Assembly: GCA_963812155.1 (NCBI GenBank)
Contig: CAWETW010000003.1
Location: 416,001-480,000, forward strand
From: Vulcanimicrobiota bacterium
Lineage (GTDB): Bacteria > Vulcanimicrobiota > Vulcanimicrobiia > Vulcanimicrobiales > Vulcanimicrobiaceae
Length of the DNA stretch: 64,000 nucleotides
Reading direction: 5' to 3'
Positions 51,186-60,946 of this stretch are shown here, in pieces. How positions within the stretch are numbered: position 1 is the first letter of the stretch; the number at the start of each line of letters is the position of its first letter. A program made the position numbers and the translations under genes. The notes below the pieces were generated by a model that saw only the letters and a program-made list of their open reading frames with translations, was not told the origin of the DNA and did no database searches.

Positions 51186-51557
51186 ATGCGACGGATCGTG
51201 ATTCTTCTCGTGGCGATGGCGGTGCCGGCGGCGGCGTCGGCCGACATCGCGCAGACGGCGGGATCGGGCATCGTCGTCACCACCTGCCACGCGCAAATCG
51301 GCAAGCCGCCGTTGCGGATCGCGTATAAAAACGACTCGCAGAAGGACGCGAAGGAGGTGGACTTCTCGCTCGTGGATGCCGCGGGTCTCGTAACGACCGT
51401 CCGCGACGTCGGAAAGTTCCAAGCCGGCGCGCAGATCAACCACGTCTTCGACCTGCCGCCCGACGTGTCGCCGCTGGGACTCAGTTCGGCGAGCTGCATC
51501 GTTACCAAAGTCACCTACGCAGACGGAACGAGCTGGACGAACCCGAATCCGCCGTAG
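51186..51557 (+). CDS. Secreted hypothetical protein
   Basis: Signal peptide; Ig-like beta domain with a Cys pair, ending VTYADGTSW. Confidence 0.7.
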   Translation: MRRIVILLVAMAVPAAASADIAQTAGSGIVVTTCHAQIGKPPLRIAYKNDSQKDAKEVDFSLVDAAGLVTTVRDVGKFQAGAQINHVFDLPPDVSPLGLSSASCIVTKVTYADGTSWTNPNPP

Positions 51558-51593
51558 GGTGAGAGTCGCAATACCTGCGATTCAAGCTTCGCC

Positions 51594-54305
51594 ATGATTT
51601 CTACACGTATCGTTTGCCGGCAGTTCGTCGGCCGCGAAGAGGAAATCGAACATCTCGTATCGCGACGCCGCCAGGCCGGCGACGCCCACGGCGGCCTGGT
51701 GCTCGTCGGCGGGGAGCCCGGCATCGGGAAATCGCGCCTCGTCCAAGAGTTTAAAGAGCGCCTCACCCGCTTAACCTCGATCGTTGCATCGAGCGCGTGC
51801 CGCGAGTTCGCCCAGAAGCCGCTGCGCCCGTTGCTCGAACTCCTCGGCCAGACCGCAGGCTCCGGTGCGTCAGATTTCGCGTGCTCGTCAAAGGCCGAGC
51901 GGCTCGAGATGATTGCGGAGACGTTCGAACGCGTCTCTGCGAAACGCACGACCGTCGCCATACTAGAAGACGTGCACTGGGCGGACGTCGATCTGATGCA
52001 GACGCTGCTCGTCCTCACGCGGCGAGCGGCGAACAAACGTCTGCTCTTCGTTGCGACCTACCGCGATAACGAGCTCTCGCCGGCGCATCCGCTCTTCAAG
52101 TGGTTCGGACAGCTCGTCCGCGAGCCGGCGGTTTCGGTCGTTACGCTTTCTCGCTTCTCGGATCGGGAACTCGAGCGCTTGATGACGCATGCGATCCGGG
52201 GAACCGTTACGCTCGCGCCGCCGGTCCTCCACGCAGTGCGCGACCGGTCCGACGGGAATCCGCTCTTCGCCGAAGAGCTGTTACGAAGCGCGGTCGATTC
52301 GAAGCGTAGCGGAAGTTCCGGCGGTGAGCGCTCGCTGCCGATATCGCTGCACGCGCTGGTCGAGGAGCGCCTGCGGGAATGCACCGGCGCGGAACGCGCA
52401 TTTCTGCGTCATGCGTCGCTCGCCGGGCGCGACTTTAACGTCGCCCACGTGTGCGACATTTTCGGCGGGGCGGCTGCGGCACGGCCGATGCTCGATCGGC
52501 TGCAAGAGTTGCAGCTCGTCGATGCGGTCGACGCGACGAGCGGCAGGTACCGCTTTCGCCACGCGCTCACGCGCGACGCCGTTTACGGCGAGATCCCGAT
52601 CGAGGCGTTGCGATCGCTGCACCTCCAAATGGCCGAGCACTTGGAAGACTTGCCGCAGGCGCAGGATGCGCCGGAAATTCTCGGTCATCATCTCTGGGAA
52701 GCCGATCGACCGCGAGCGCGCCGCCGGCTATTACGAACGTGCGGGGGACGCGGCCATGACCGTCTTCGCGTACGACGCCGCCGCGGCGTTTTATCGTCGC
52801 GCTGCCGAGGGTTTCGCACGCGACCGCGCGGCGCGTGCTCGCGCGTACGCTCGAGCGGCCCGGCGCTCATCTTTGCCGGCGACTTGGACGGCGGGCTCGC
52901 GCAGTACGAACGCGCGGTCGACCTCACGCTCGAACTCGGCGATGTGAGCGAGGTCGTCCGCAGCCGCGCGTTGATGGCGGGCCACCTGTTCGACGGAGGC
53001 CGTCGCGAAGAGGCGATCGAGTTGCTGCGCGCGACGCTGCCGATCGCCGAGCAGGGCCAAGCGTCTCTGCAGGTACGGCTGCGGACGAGACTGGCGATGA
53101 TGCTGGCGCGCGACGGGCGCCTCGACGCGGCCTGGAATACGCTCCAGGCAATCGATGCTGCAACTCTCGACCCGCACGACGGACTGACCGGAGAGTACTA
53201 CCTGTGTGCGAGCGAACTCCACGCGCTGCGTGCGGAGCCGCTGCAGTTTCGCGCGTGCTTTGCCAAAGGCATCGCCATCTATGAGGCGCTTGGCCATCCG
53301 GGCCCCTTGCAGATCGCGCACGCCAACTTCGCAGTACAGGCGCTGAGCGTAGGCGAAATGGAACTCGCGCGGACGCACCACCGCATCGCAGGCGAGCTGG
53401 CGCACACGCTGCACTTCGACGATCAGGAGACGCTGCGAGCGCAAGTCGCGTTCTACGCCGGCGATCTCATCGAAGCGCGACGAATCGTCGAGTCCATGCC
53501 CACGCCGCGAAGTTTCATGATGCGGGCAACGCTCATGCAGGTCGCCGTTCCGCTATCGATCGCACTCGGCGACGATCGGATGCTCGAGCGCTACGACGAC
53601 GAGCGCATCCTCGAAGAAGCGGGTGACGCGCCTTTCTCTGCGCCCTTGACGCGCGTCGCCGCCGCGCGCGCGATGGCATTGACCGCGACGAACCGGCCGG
53701 GCGAAGGGCGCATGCTGCTCGGACGCATCTTGCAGTCGCTCAACACCGCGTTCGGAATGACGCTGCCGATCTTTGCCGTTGCGACGCTGCTGCCGGAACG
53801 CGCGAGCGAGATGCGCCCGTTGCTCGAAGCCGCCGCGCGGCCGGAGGGCGATCGTGTCGGCAAAGCGCTGCTGGCCTTCGTGGACGCGGCCGCCGCTGCG
53901 TGGCGCGGCGACGTCGCGGCTGCAGCAAGCGCGGCGTTCGAGGCCGCGCCACGGTTCGCGGCGATTGGATGGCCGCTGCTGGAAGCGCGGTCGCTGGAGA
54001 TGGCCGGCGATCGCCGTTCCGCCGTCGCGATCTACGAGCGCTGCGGCGCGGCGGGGGAGCTGCGCCGCTTGGAGTTCGGTGCGGGGAACGAGGAAGGGAC
54101 GGCGCTCGGCGTGCTCACGGCGCGAGAACGCGAACTCGCGCTGCTCGTTGCGGCGGGAAAAACGAACCGCGCGATTGCGACGTCGCTCTCGATCGGAGAG
54201 AAGGCCGTCGAAAAGTACCTTACCTCGATCTATGCAAAACTCGGCTTGAGTTCCCGCGCGCAACTGGCCGCACTCGTCGCGACGTCGCACTATCGTTTCG
54301 AGTAA
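51594..54305 (+). CDS. LuxR/MalT-type AAA ATPase transcriptional regulator; compensating frameshifts at about 52710 and 52860
   Basis: FVGRE, GEPGIGKSRL, EDVHWAD, GNPLFAEE, FRHAL; C-terminal LTARERE...GKTNRAIA...IYAKLG..SR; segment DRERAAGYYERAGDAA lies in an alternate frame. Confidence 0.9.
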   Translation: MISTRIVCRQFVGREEEIEHLVSRRRQAGDAHGGLVLVGGEPGIGKSRLVQEFKERLTRLTSIVASSACREFAQKPLRPLLELLGQTAGSGASDFACSSKAERLEMIAETFERVSAKRTTVAILEDVHWADVDLMQTLLVLTRRAANKRLLFVATYRDNELSPAHPLFKWFGQLVREPAVSVVTLSRFSDRELERLMTHAIRGTVTLAPPVLHAVRDRSDGNPLFAEELLRSAVDSKRSGSSGGERSLPISLHALVEERLRECTGAERAFLRHASLAGRDFNVAHVCDIFGGAAAARPMLDRLQELQLVDAVDATSGRYRFRHALTRDAVYGEIPIEALRSLHLQMAEHLEDLPQAQDAPEILGHHLWEADRPRARRRLLRTCGGRGHDRLRVRRRRGVLSSRCRGFRTRPRGACSRVRSSGPALIFAGDLDGGLAQYERAVDLTLELGDVSEVVRSRALMAGHLFDGGRREEAIELLRATLPIAEQGQASLQVRLRTRLAMMLARDGRLDAAWNTLQAIDAATLDPHDGLTGEYYLCASELHALRAEPLQFRACFAKGIAIYEALGHPGPLQIAHANFAVQALSVGEMELARTHHRIAGELAHTLHFDDQETLRAQVAFYAGDLIEARRIVESMPTPRSFMMRATLMQVAVPLSIALGDDRMLERYDDERILEEAGDAPFSAPLTRVAAARAMALTATNRPGEGRMLLGRILQSLNTAFGMTLPIFAVATLLPERASEMRPLLEAAARPEGDRVGKALLAFVDAAAAAWRGDVAAAASAAFEAAPRFAAIGWPLLEARSLEMAGDRRSAVAIYERCGAAGELRRLEFGAGNEEGTALGVLTARERELALLVAAGKTNRAIATSLSIGEKAVEKYLTSIYAKLGLSSRAQLAALVATSHYRFE

Positions 54306-54321
54306 CCGCGCAGCACCAGCG

Positions 54322-55365
54322 TTACGGCGTGGCCTTCACGACGCCGTTGCCCGAGTAGTCGGTGATCCACAACGTACCGTTGGGTCCTTGCGCGATGTCG
54401 GAAGCCAACGCAACGGGGATGGCATATTCGGTAACGGCACCGCTGGTGCTTACGCTTGCGACTTTGCTGTAACCGGCCTCGGTTACCCAGAGCGAGCCGT
54501 CCGCCAAGGTAATCGCTCCGGGGCCGGCTTGCGGCGAGAAGCCGGAGAACTCCGTCACCGTTCCGCCGGGGGTGATGCGGCCGATTTTGTTGACGGCGTT
54601 CTCCGTGAACCACACGTTACCGTCGGGGCCGTCGCTGATGTCGACGAGGCCGGCGTTGCTGGTGATGCCGTTGGTATATTCGGCGATCGTGCCCGACGGC
54701 GTGATGGAGCCGACACGGTTGTTGAACTCCTCGGTGAACCAGACGTTGCCGTCGGAGCCCTCCGTGATATCGTGCACGGCGATGTCGCCCGGAGAAAGCC
54801 CGTTCGTGAAGAGCGTGACCGCGCCCGACGTCGTGATGCGGCCGATCGCGTTGGCGCTGGGCGAGCGAAACGTAAACCACAGATTGCCGTCGGCGCCGTT
54901 ACAGATGTCGAAGGGTCCATAGGCTTCGTTGCCGACCCGGAAGATCTTGATTTTGCCTTTGGGCGTCATGCGGCCGATTGCGTCGGCGCCGCTTTCCGTG
55001 AACCAAATGTTGCCGTCGGGACCGGTAACGATGTTGTTAACGCCGTTGGTCGCCGCGGTGAATTCGCTTACCAACCCGCGTGCGTTGATATGACCGATTT
55101 GGTTCGAGCCGGGCTGCGTAAACCACAGCCACTGTGCGAACCCTGGCGTGATTCCGCGCGGGTTGCTGCTCGGCGTGATGCCTTGCGTATACTCGACGCT
55201 CTTGAATTTCGCGAGCGGGATCTGCGCCGCGACGCGCGATGTGCCGCCTGCCGTGTGCCCGTTGGGAATTTCCGAGCCGGATTGCCCGGTGCATCCCGCG
55301 ACCAACGTCGCCAGAGCAAAGCCTGCGGCCGCGAACGGCACGGAAGGCCGTAAGGTCTGTTTCAT
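54322..55365 (-). CDS. Vgb (virginiamycin B lyase)-like beta-propeller lipoprotein
   Basis: Lipobox LVAGC; repeated GPDGN(I/V/L)WFTE...IGRIT motifs. Confidence 0.85.
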   Translation of the reverse strand: MKQTLRPSVPFAAAGFALATLVAGCTGQSGSEIPNGHTAGGTSRVAAQIPLAKFKSVEYTQGITPSSNPRGITPGFAQWLWFTQPGSNQIGHINARGLVSEFTAATNGVNNIVTGPDGNIWFTESGADAIGRMTPKGKIKIFRVGNEAYGPFDICNGADGNLWFTFRSPSANAIGRITTSGAVTLFTNGLSPGDIAVHDITEGSDGNVWFTEEFNNRVGSITPSGTIAEYTNGITSNAGLVDISDGPDGNVWFTENAVNKIGRITPGGTVTEFSGFSPQAGPGAITLADGSLWVTEAGYSKVASVSTSGAVTEYAIPVALASDIAQGPNGTLWITDYSGNGVVKATP

Positions 55366-55453
55366 GTCAGTCCCCTCCTCATCCGTATCGTAGGGCGGGA
55401 GCGGGCACGGACGTAGTAGGGGAACCCCACCAATTCCCGAGCGCAGGACGTCG

Positions 55454-56275
55454 TCAATCGGAGTCGGGCCACGTCTCCGCGAGGAATGCGGCCGCGCGTT
55501 CTGCGGCTTGGCGATAGACCGCCGACAGCGCATCCTCCAACGAACGTTCGCCGCTCCAAAACGGAAAGCGGCCGGCGCGGCGCAACGGCCACGCGTCCAC
55601 CGGTGGGGCGTCGACCGGCGGCCGCGATGCCGTCGATTCAGAGGCCGTTTCGATGCCGGCGACGGCCGGTGTGGTTGCGGCGGACGCTTCGAGCTTGAGC
55701 GCCGCGAGCAGCGCGTCGCGCTGTAATCCGCGCAGGGCGAAGAGCAGAAACGGATCGCGATCGAACTCTTCGCCGATGAGGTAATAGACCGCCGCCACGT
55801 GTTTGCACGGATTCGACGCGTCCGGACACGAGCACGTCGTGTGGACGTCGCGGATCGACTTCGGAAACAGCTCGCAGCCGGCCTCGCGAAATGCCGTTTC
55901 GATGTCGTCGGGCATCTCGCCGTTGAGCAACATCGCCAAAAAGCGCGGCGTTTGCGAAATCCGCTCCGTCACGACGCGCCACTGTGCGCGCGTGAGCGGC
56001 GTCATCCGCATCGTCACGATATACGGATCCTCGCGCGAGCCTTGCACCGTCGCGCGAACGCCGCTCGGCTCGACCGTAATCTCAATGACTTGACCGCGCC
56101 GCGCGTACGAGCGGCCGCGTGCCAAACGCGCTCCCAACCCGAAACCTTCGAGCACGGCGATCCAGCGCTTGGCCCACCAGCGTTCGCCGAACGGGCCCTT
56201 TTTCGATTGCGCTTGAATGCCGCGCGCCGGCAGCGGCTTCGACCAACGCGGGAAACGATCTTCAAATCGCGGCAT
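55454..56275 (-). CDS. SWIM zinc finger protein
   Basis: RLARGRSYARRGQV, VQGS...PY, CSCPD..NPCKH.AA.YY...DPF..F.LRG. Confidence 0.92.
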   Translation of the reverse strand: MPRFEDRFPRWSKPLPARGIQAQSKKGPFGERWWAKRWIAVLEGFGLGARLARGRSYARRGQVIEITVEPSGVRATVQGSREDPYIVTMRMTPLTRAQWRVVTERISQTPRFLAMLLNGEMPDDIETAFREAGCELFPKSIRDVHTTCSCPDASNPCKHVAAVYYLIGEEFDRDPFLLFALRGLQRDALLAALKLEASAATTPAVAGIETASESTASRPPVDAPPVDAWPLRRAGRFPFWSGERSLEDALSAVYRQAAERAAAFLAETWPDSD

Positions 56276-56279
56276 CGCG

Positions 56280-59156
56280 CTACGCCTCCACCGCTTCGGG
56301 CGACAACGCGACCAGTTCGCGCAACTGACGGCCCGAAAGTTCGGTCAGCCACGCCTCGCCGGTGCCGATCACGTTGTCTGCGACCGCGCGTTTTCGCTCG
56401 ATGAGTTCGTCGATACGTTCTTCCAGCGTCCCCGCACACAGAAACTTGTGGACTTGCACGTTCTTGGTTTGCCCGATGCGAAATGCGCGATCGGTGGCCT
56501 GGTCTTCGACCGCCGGATTCCACCAGCGGTCGAAATGGAACACGTGGTTGGCGCGCGTGAGATTGAGACCGCTGCCGCCGGCTTTGAGCGAGAGCACGAA
56601 CAACGCCGGACCGTCGCCGCTTTGAAAACGCTCGACCATCGTATCGCGCTGCTTCTTGGGAACCCCGCCGTGCAAAAACAGCACCTCGCGCCCGAAGCGC
56701 TCCGACAGGCGCCGCACGAGCAACTCACCCATCTCCGCGAACTGCGTGAAGATCAACGCGCGGTCGCCGACGTCGAGCACTTCTTCGAGCATTTCTTCGA
56801 GCCGCGACAGCTTTCCGGAGCGGCCGGCGACCGGCGATCGATCTTTGGCAAACTGCGCCGGATGGTTGCAGACCTGCTTGAGCTTCGAGAGCAGCGCGAG
56901 GATCTTGCCGCGCCGGCTGATTCCTTCGGATTCGTCGAGGCTCGGTTCGAGATCGCGCAGCACGGCCGCGTAGAGCGAGCCCTGCTCGCGCGTCAGCGTG
57001 CAGTAGACCTTCATCTCGTTCTTTTCGGGCAGGTCGGCGATGACGCGCGGATCGCTCTTGCTGCGGCGCAGCACGAACGGGCCGGTAAGGCGCTTGAGCC
57101 GGTCGGATGCGGTCGCGTCGCGCAGCGCCTGAATCGGTATGAGAAACTCCCGTTTGAATGTCGCTTGCGATCCGAGCAAGCCGGCATTGAGAAACTCCAT
57201 GATCGACCACAAATCGCCGACGTGATTCTCGACCGGCGTGCCGGTGAGCGCGATGCGATAGCCGGCGTCGAGCGCGCGAGCCGCCCGCGCCTGTTTGCTC
57301 TCCGGGTTCTTGACGTTCTGCGCTTCATCGAGCACCGCGCCGCGCCAGCGGATTTTCGCGAACAGGTCGGAATCGCGCTGCAGCAGCGCGTAGCTGGTGA
57401 CGACGAGTGCGTGCCGTTTGGCTTCGCGTGCAAAGCGGGCATCGCGCAGGCGGTCGCTGCCGTGGTGCACGTGCACCGGCAGCTCGGGCGTGAACCGTTG
57501 CGATTCGCGCACCCAATTTTCGATCACCGACGTGGGGCAGGCCAGCAGCACCGGCGCGCCGGGGCTTTCGCGCCAGTCGCGCAGGATCAAGCAGAGGGTT
57601 TGAATCGTCTTCCCGAGGCCCATGTCGTCGGCGAGACATGCGCCGAAGCCGCCGGCGGTGAGGAATTGCAGCCAACTGTAACCGCGCAGTTGATAGGGCC
57701 GCAGTTGCGCGTGCAGACCTTTGGGCGGCGGAAGTTGCGCGTAGGACTCTTCGCCTTGCAGCCGGTCGAGCAGCGTGCGCACCCGGCCGCCGGCGTCGAC
57801 GACGGCGTGTGCGTCGAGTTCCAGCCGCGCGATCTCGCCCATCGAGAGCTGCGTTTGACCCGCTTTGAGACGGTCGAGCGCCGCGCGCAGGTCGCTGGGC
57901 TCGACGTGTACCCATTGGCCGCGTACGCGCACCAATGGAACTTTGAGGCGTGCCAGGCGCTCGAGTTCGCGCGCCGGCAGCGCGGCGTCGCCGAGCACGA
58001 CGCTCCAGTTCACGTCGAGCAGCGAATCCGCGCGCAAGCCGGCCGTGACCGCCGGGGCCTTCACGCGCGCGCGCGTCGTGATGCGCGCTTTCGCATTTTT
58101 GCCCAACCACCAGGCCGGGAGGATCACGCCGATGCCCGCTTGTTCGAGCAGCCATGCGGTTTCGGAAAGAAAACGATACGCGCCCGCGAGGTCTACATCG
58201 CAGTGGGTCGGCACCGTCGACGCCTGCAGCGACGCTGCGACGTCGGGCGACACTTGCGCCGCGCGCCCGAGCGCGGCGAGCAACGCGCGCCGCGTGGCGG
58301 CGGTCGCCATGGCGCTCTTGGTGTCGAGCAGCAACGACGGGTCGCTGCGGCCCTGCAAGAGATAGGCGATGCGCCACGGTTCGTCGTCGCTTTGCGGTTC
58401 TTCGATGCGCAGGCAAAGGCGATACTCGGCGGCGTGCTCTTCCAAAACCGGGCGGCGCCACTCCGCAACGTGCGCCGCCAACGCGCGCAGTTCGGCCGGC
58501 TCTCCCGCAATCGCGCCGTCCGGCGAGCGCAGCGCGCGAATCCAGCGATCGTGCAGCGACGCGGGTGCGCCGTTGGAGTGCGCGGTCGAGGCGGTGGCGT
58601 CGCGGACGAGTGCGTCGACGGCAACGCCAAGGAATCGTTCGAGCGAAGGTGCGGCATCGGGCATCGCTGCCGCCAGCATGGCGGCGAGTTTTCGCTCCCG
58701 CTCGCCGAGCAGCGGTTCCCATACAGCGCGATACTGCTTGCGCGTCGCGTCGTAGGCCACGCTTGGCAGAAAGCGCTGCGCCGCTACGATTTCGGCGGCC
58801 AAGCGGAGCGCGTCGCACCAGTGCGCGAGATCGCGCCCAATCGCGACGCCGGCACCGAGCATTTCGCGTCCGACCGTCGCGCGCAGCAGTGCAATCGCCT
58901 CGCGTGCGCCGAGGGCGATGCCTTCGCGCGTGACGCTGCCGGTTGCAGCCGACTTGGCGGCCGCATCGCCGATGTTCCACGCGCCGACGTCGAGGTGCGG
59001 CAAATGCTCCCGCAGCAGGCGGCGCAATGCGGGCGGCCGCAGCACCGGCTGCGTCCACAAAAACAACGCGTCGCCCGCCATTGCCGCGTGCAACACGGTC
59101 ACCGCCGCGCGACGCGGCCGGCGAGGCGCGCGCTTCAGTTCGGACGCTTTAACCAC
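56280..59156 (-). CDS. SNF2-family helicase/ATPase
   Basis: LRPYQ, LADDMGLGKT, LDEAQNVKN, LTGTPVEN, LKQVCNHP, SGKL, SLKAGGSGLNLT.A, WWNPAVEDQATDRAFRIGQ. Confidence 0.95.
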   Translation of the reverse strand: MVKASELKRAPRRPRRAAVTVLHAAMAGDALFLWTQPVLRPPALRRLLREHLPHLDVGAWNIGDAAAKSAATGSVTREGIALGAREAIALLRATVGREMLGAGVAIGRDLAHWCDALRLAAEIVAAQRFLPSVAYDATRKQYRAVWEPLLGERERKLAAMLAAAMPDAAPSLERFLGVAVDALVRDATASTAHSNGAPASLHDRWIRALRSPDGAIAGEPAELRALAAHVAEWRRPVLEEHAAEYRLCLRIEEPQSDDEPWRIAYLLQGRSDPSLLLDTKSAMATAATRRALLAALGRAAQVSPDVAASLQASTVPTHCDVDLAGAYRFLSETAWLLEQAGIGVILPAWWLGKNAKARITTRARVKAPAVTAGLRADSLLDVNWSVVLGDAALPARELERLARLKVPLVRVRGQWVHVEPSDLRAALDRLKAGQTQLSMGEIARLELDAHAVVDAGGRVRTLLDRLQGEESYAQLPPPKGLHAQLRPYQLRGYSWLQFLTAGGFGACLADDMGLGKTIQTLCLILRDWRESPGAPVLLACPTSVIENWVRESQRFTPELPVHVHHGSDRLRDARFAREAKRHALVVTSYALLQRDSDLFAKIRWRGAVLDEAQNVKNPESKQARAARALDAGYRIALTGTPVENHVGDLWSIMEFLNAGLLGSQATFKREFLIPIQALRDATASDRLKRLTGPFVLRRSKSDPRVIADLPEKNEMKVYCTLTREQGSLYAAVLRDLEPSLDESEGISRRGKILALLSKLKQVCNHPAQFAKDRSPVAGRSGKLSRLEEMLEEVLDVGDRALIFTQFAEMGELLVRRLSERFGREVLFLHGGVPKKQRDTMVERFQSGDGPALFVLSLKAGGSGLNLTRANHVFHFDRWWNPAVEDQATDRAFRIGQTKNVQVHKFLCAGTLEERIDELIERKRAVADNVIGTGEAWLTELSGRQLRELVALSPEAVEA

Positions 59157-59215
59157 GTCGCTACGTCATCAGCCGAATGCACAACCGGCTTGGCTTCGAC
59201 GCAGCGCACGAAGCG

Positions 59216-59241
59216 GCCCCCGCCGCAAAAGCGGCGGGGGC
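59216..59241. terminator. Perfect 11-bp GC hairpin, terminator-like
   Basis: GCCCCCGCCGC-AAAA-GCGGCGGGGGC; no U-tract on either side. Confidence 0.4.
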
Positions 59242-59333
59242 ATTGCATGCTTCGGGTCTACGAGTGGTAAAGGGTAGCGTGAGACAATGAAAGCTTATCG
59301 ATGGTCTCATGCCCGCGCTCCAGACGCATCCGT

Positions 59334-59365
59334 CCTACAGCGTAACTTCCCTACAGCGTAACTTC
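59334..59365 (+). repeat. 16-bp perfect tandem duplication
   Basis: CCTACAGCGTAACTTC x2. Confidence 0.85.
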
Positions 59366-59382
59366 GATAGAGTCGTCGAGTA

Positions 59383-60819
59383 GTGCGGATCCTGGTAACC
59401 GGCGCGACCGGGTATATCGGAGGGCGCCTCGTACCGCGCTTACTCGAAGCGGGCCACTCCGTCCGGTGTCTCGCTCGAAACGCCATGCGCCTCGCCGGCA
59501 GATTCCCCGGCGCCGAAATCGTCGAGGGCGATATCTTCGACGAGCACGCCGTGCGAGAGGCCTGCAGGGGCGTCGACGCCGCTTATTATTTGGTGCATTC
59601 GATGGGCGACTCCTCACGGTTTGCCGAGCGCGACCACGATGCGGCCGCACTCTGCGGCAGGTGCGCTCGCGAAGGCGGCGTTTCGCGCATCGTCTATCTG
59701 GGCGGCTTGGGAGCCGACGACGCCACGCTTTCGCGGCATCTCGCCAGCCGTCATGAAGTGGGCGCCGTGCTGCGGAAAAGCGGCGTGGAGATTATCGAGT
59801 TTCGTGCGGCAATCATCATCGGAGCGGGGAGCGTCTCTTTTGAAATGATGCGCTATCTCACGGATCGGTTGCCCGTAATGATCGCACCGCGCTGGGTGAC
59901 GACTCGGTCGCAGCCGATCGCCGTGAACGACGTCTTGCGCTATCTCGTCGCCGCGCTCGATCTTCCGCACGGTGATTCGCGCATCTACGAAATCGGCGGT
60001 GCGGACGTCGTGACGTATCGCGAGATGATGCTGCGGTACGCGCGTCTGCGCAACCTCAGACGTACGATCGTCATCGTGCCGTTCTTTACGGCGCGGCTTT
60101 CCTCGTACTGGGTCCACCTCGTGACGCCGGTCCCCGCGCGGCTCGCGCAACCGCTCATCTTGGGACTGCACAACGAAGTAATCGTCCGCGACCAGGCCGC
60201 GCGGCGAGATTTTCCCCACATCGTGCCGATAGACTTCGAGACCGCGGTCGCCGCTGCGCTGGATCGATACCGAACCAACGGCCCCGAAACGTCCTGGTTC
60301 GATGCGTTCCACGTGCGCAAGCTGCCGGCCACGTTTACGGGCGCCAGCGAAGGCATGCTGATCGATCGCCGCGAGCGCGTTACCGGCGCGACGCCGCGAC
60401 AGGTCGCGTCGGTCTTCATGCAGCTCGGCGGAACGTACGGCTGGCTCTATGGTAACGCATTATGGGAGCTCCGCGGTCTCTTGGACCGCGCGATAGGAGG
60501 GATCGGTTTGCGGCGAGGCCGTCGCAGCGCAACCGATCTGCGCGTTGGCGACGCCGTCGACTTTTGGCGCGTCGACGCGTTGGAACCCGATCGCCTTCTG
60601 AGACTGCGGGCCGAGATGAAGCTTCCAGGTCGAGCGTGGCTGGAGTTCGTCGCGGACGGGCTGAGCGATGGGCGAACGCGGCTCACCCAAACGGCCTTTT
60701 TCGAGCCTCGCGGATTGTTCGGATTGATCTACTGGTATCTCGTCTTTCCGTTTCACGGACTCATCTTTAGCGAGATGGCTTCGCGGATCGTCGCTCGCGC
60801 CGAAGAGCCACCCACCTGA
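59383..60819 (+). CDS. Atypical SDR NAD(P)-binding protein with DUF2867 domain (YbjT-like)
   Basis: ILVTGATGYIGGRL, YYLVHSM, IVYLGG, HLASR.EV; GDAVDFWRV...LRLRAEMKLPGRAWLEF...YWY...FH..IF. Confidence 0.92.
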   Translation: MRILVTGATGYIGGRLVPRLLEAGHSVRCLARNAMRLAGRFPGAEIVEGDIFDEHAVREACRGVDAAYYLVHSMGDSSRFAERDHDAAALCGRCAREGGVSRIVYLGGLGADDATLSRHLASRHEVGAVLRKSGVEIIEFRAAIIIGAGSVSFEMMRYLTDRLPVMIAPRWVTTRSQPIAVNDVLRYLVAALDLPHGDSRIYEIGGADVVTYREMMLRYARLRNLRRTIVIVPFFTARLSSYWVHLVTPVPARLAQPLILGLHNEVIVRDQAARRDFPHIVPIDFETAVAAALDRYRTNGPETSWFDAFHVRKLPATFTGASEGMLIDRRERVTGATPRQVASVFMQLGGTYGWLYGNALWELRGLLDRAIGGIGLRRGRRSATDLRVGDAVDFWRVDALEPDRLLRLRAEMKLPGRAWLEFVADGLSDGRTRLTQTAFFEPRGLFGLIYWYLVFPFHGLIFSEMASRIVARAEEPPT

Positions 60820-60946
60820 TCCAGGTAGGAGGCCCACGATGATGCGCTCGGCCACGGTCAGCTTTTGGTCATACGGCGCGCCAGGCGGCGCGGTCGCGTA
60901 TTTCAAACCTAGGGGCTTTGCGCTCAGTCACGAGAAAGGTTGAAAG

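Noticed and set aside
54322..55365. Antibiotic resistance calls (vgb, beta-lactamases at 19965 and 49861)
   Set aside because: Only fold-level similarity; substrate specificity cannot be supported from the sequence.
55454..59156. SNF2+SWIM pair as a novel defence system
   Set aside because: A widespread, known gene pair; no methylase, nuclease or other defence genes adjoin it.
56217..59270. 1017-aa plus-strand ORF and other long antisense ORFs (33247-34953, 25719-27311, 40689-42341)
   Set aside because: Shadow frames of high-GC genes with clear motifs on the opposite strand.
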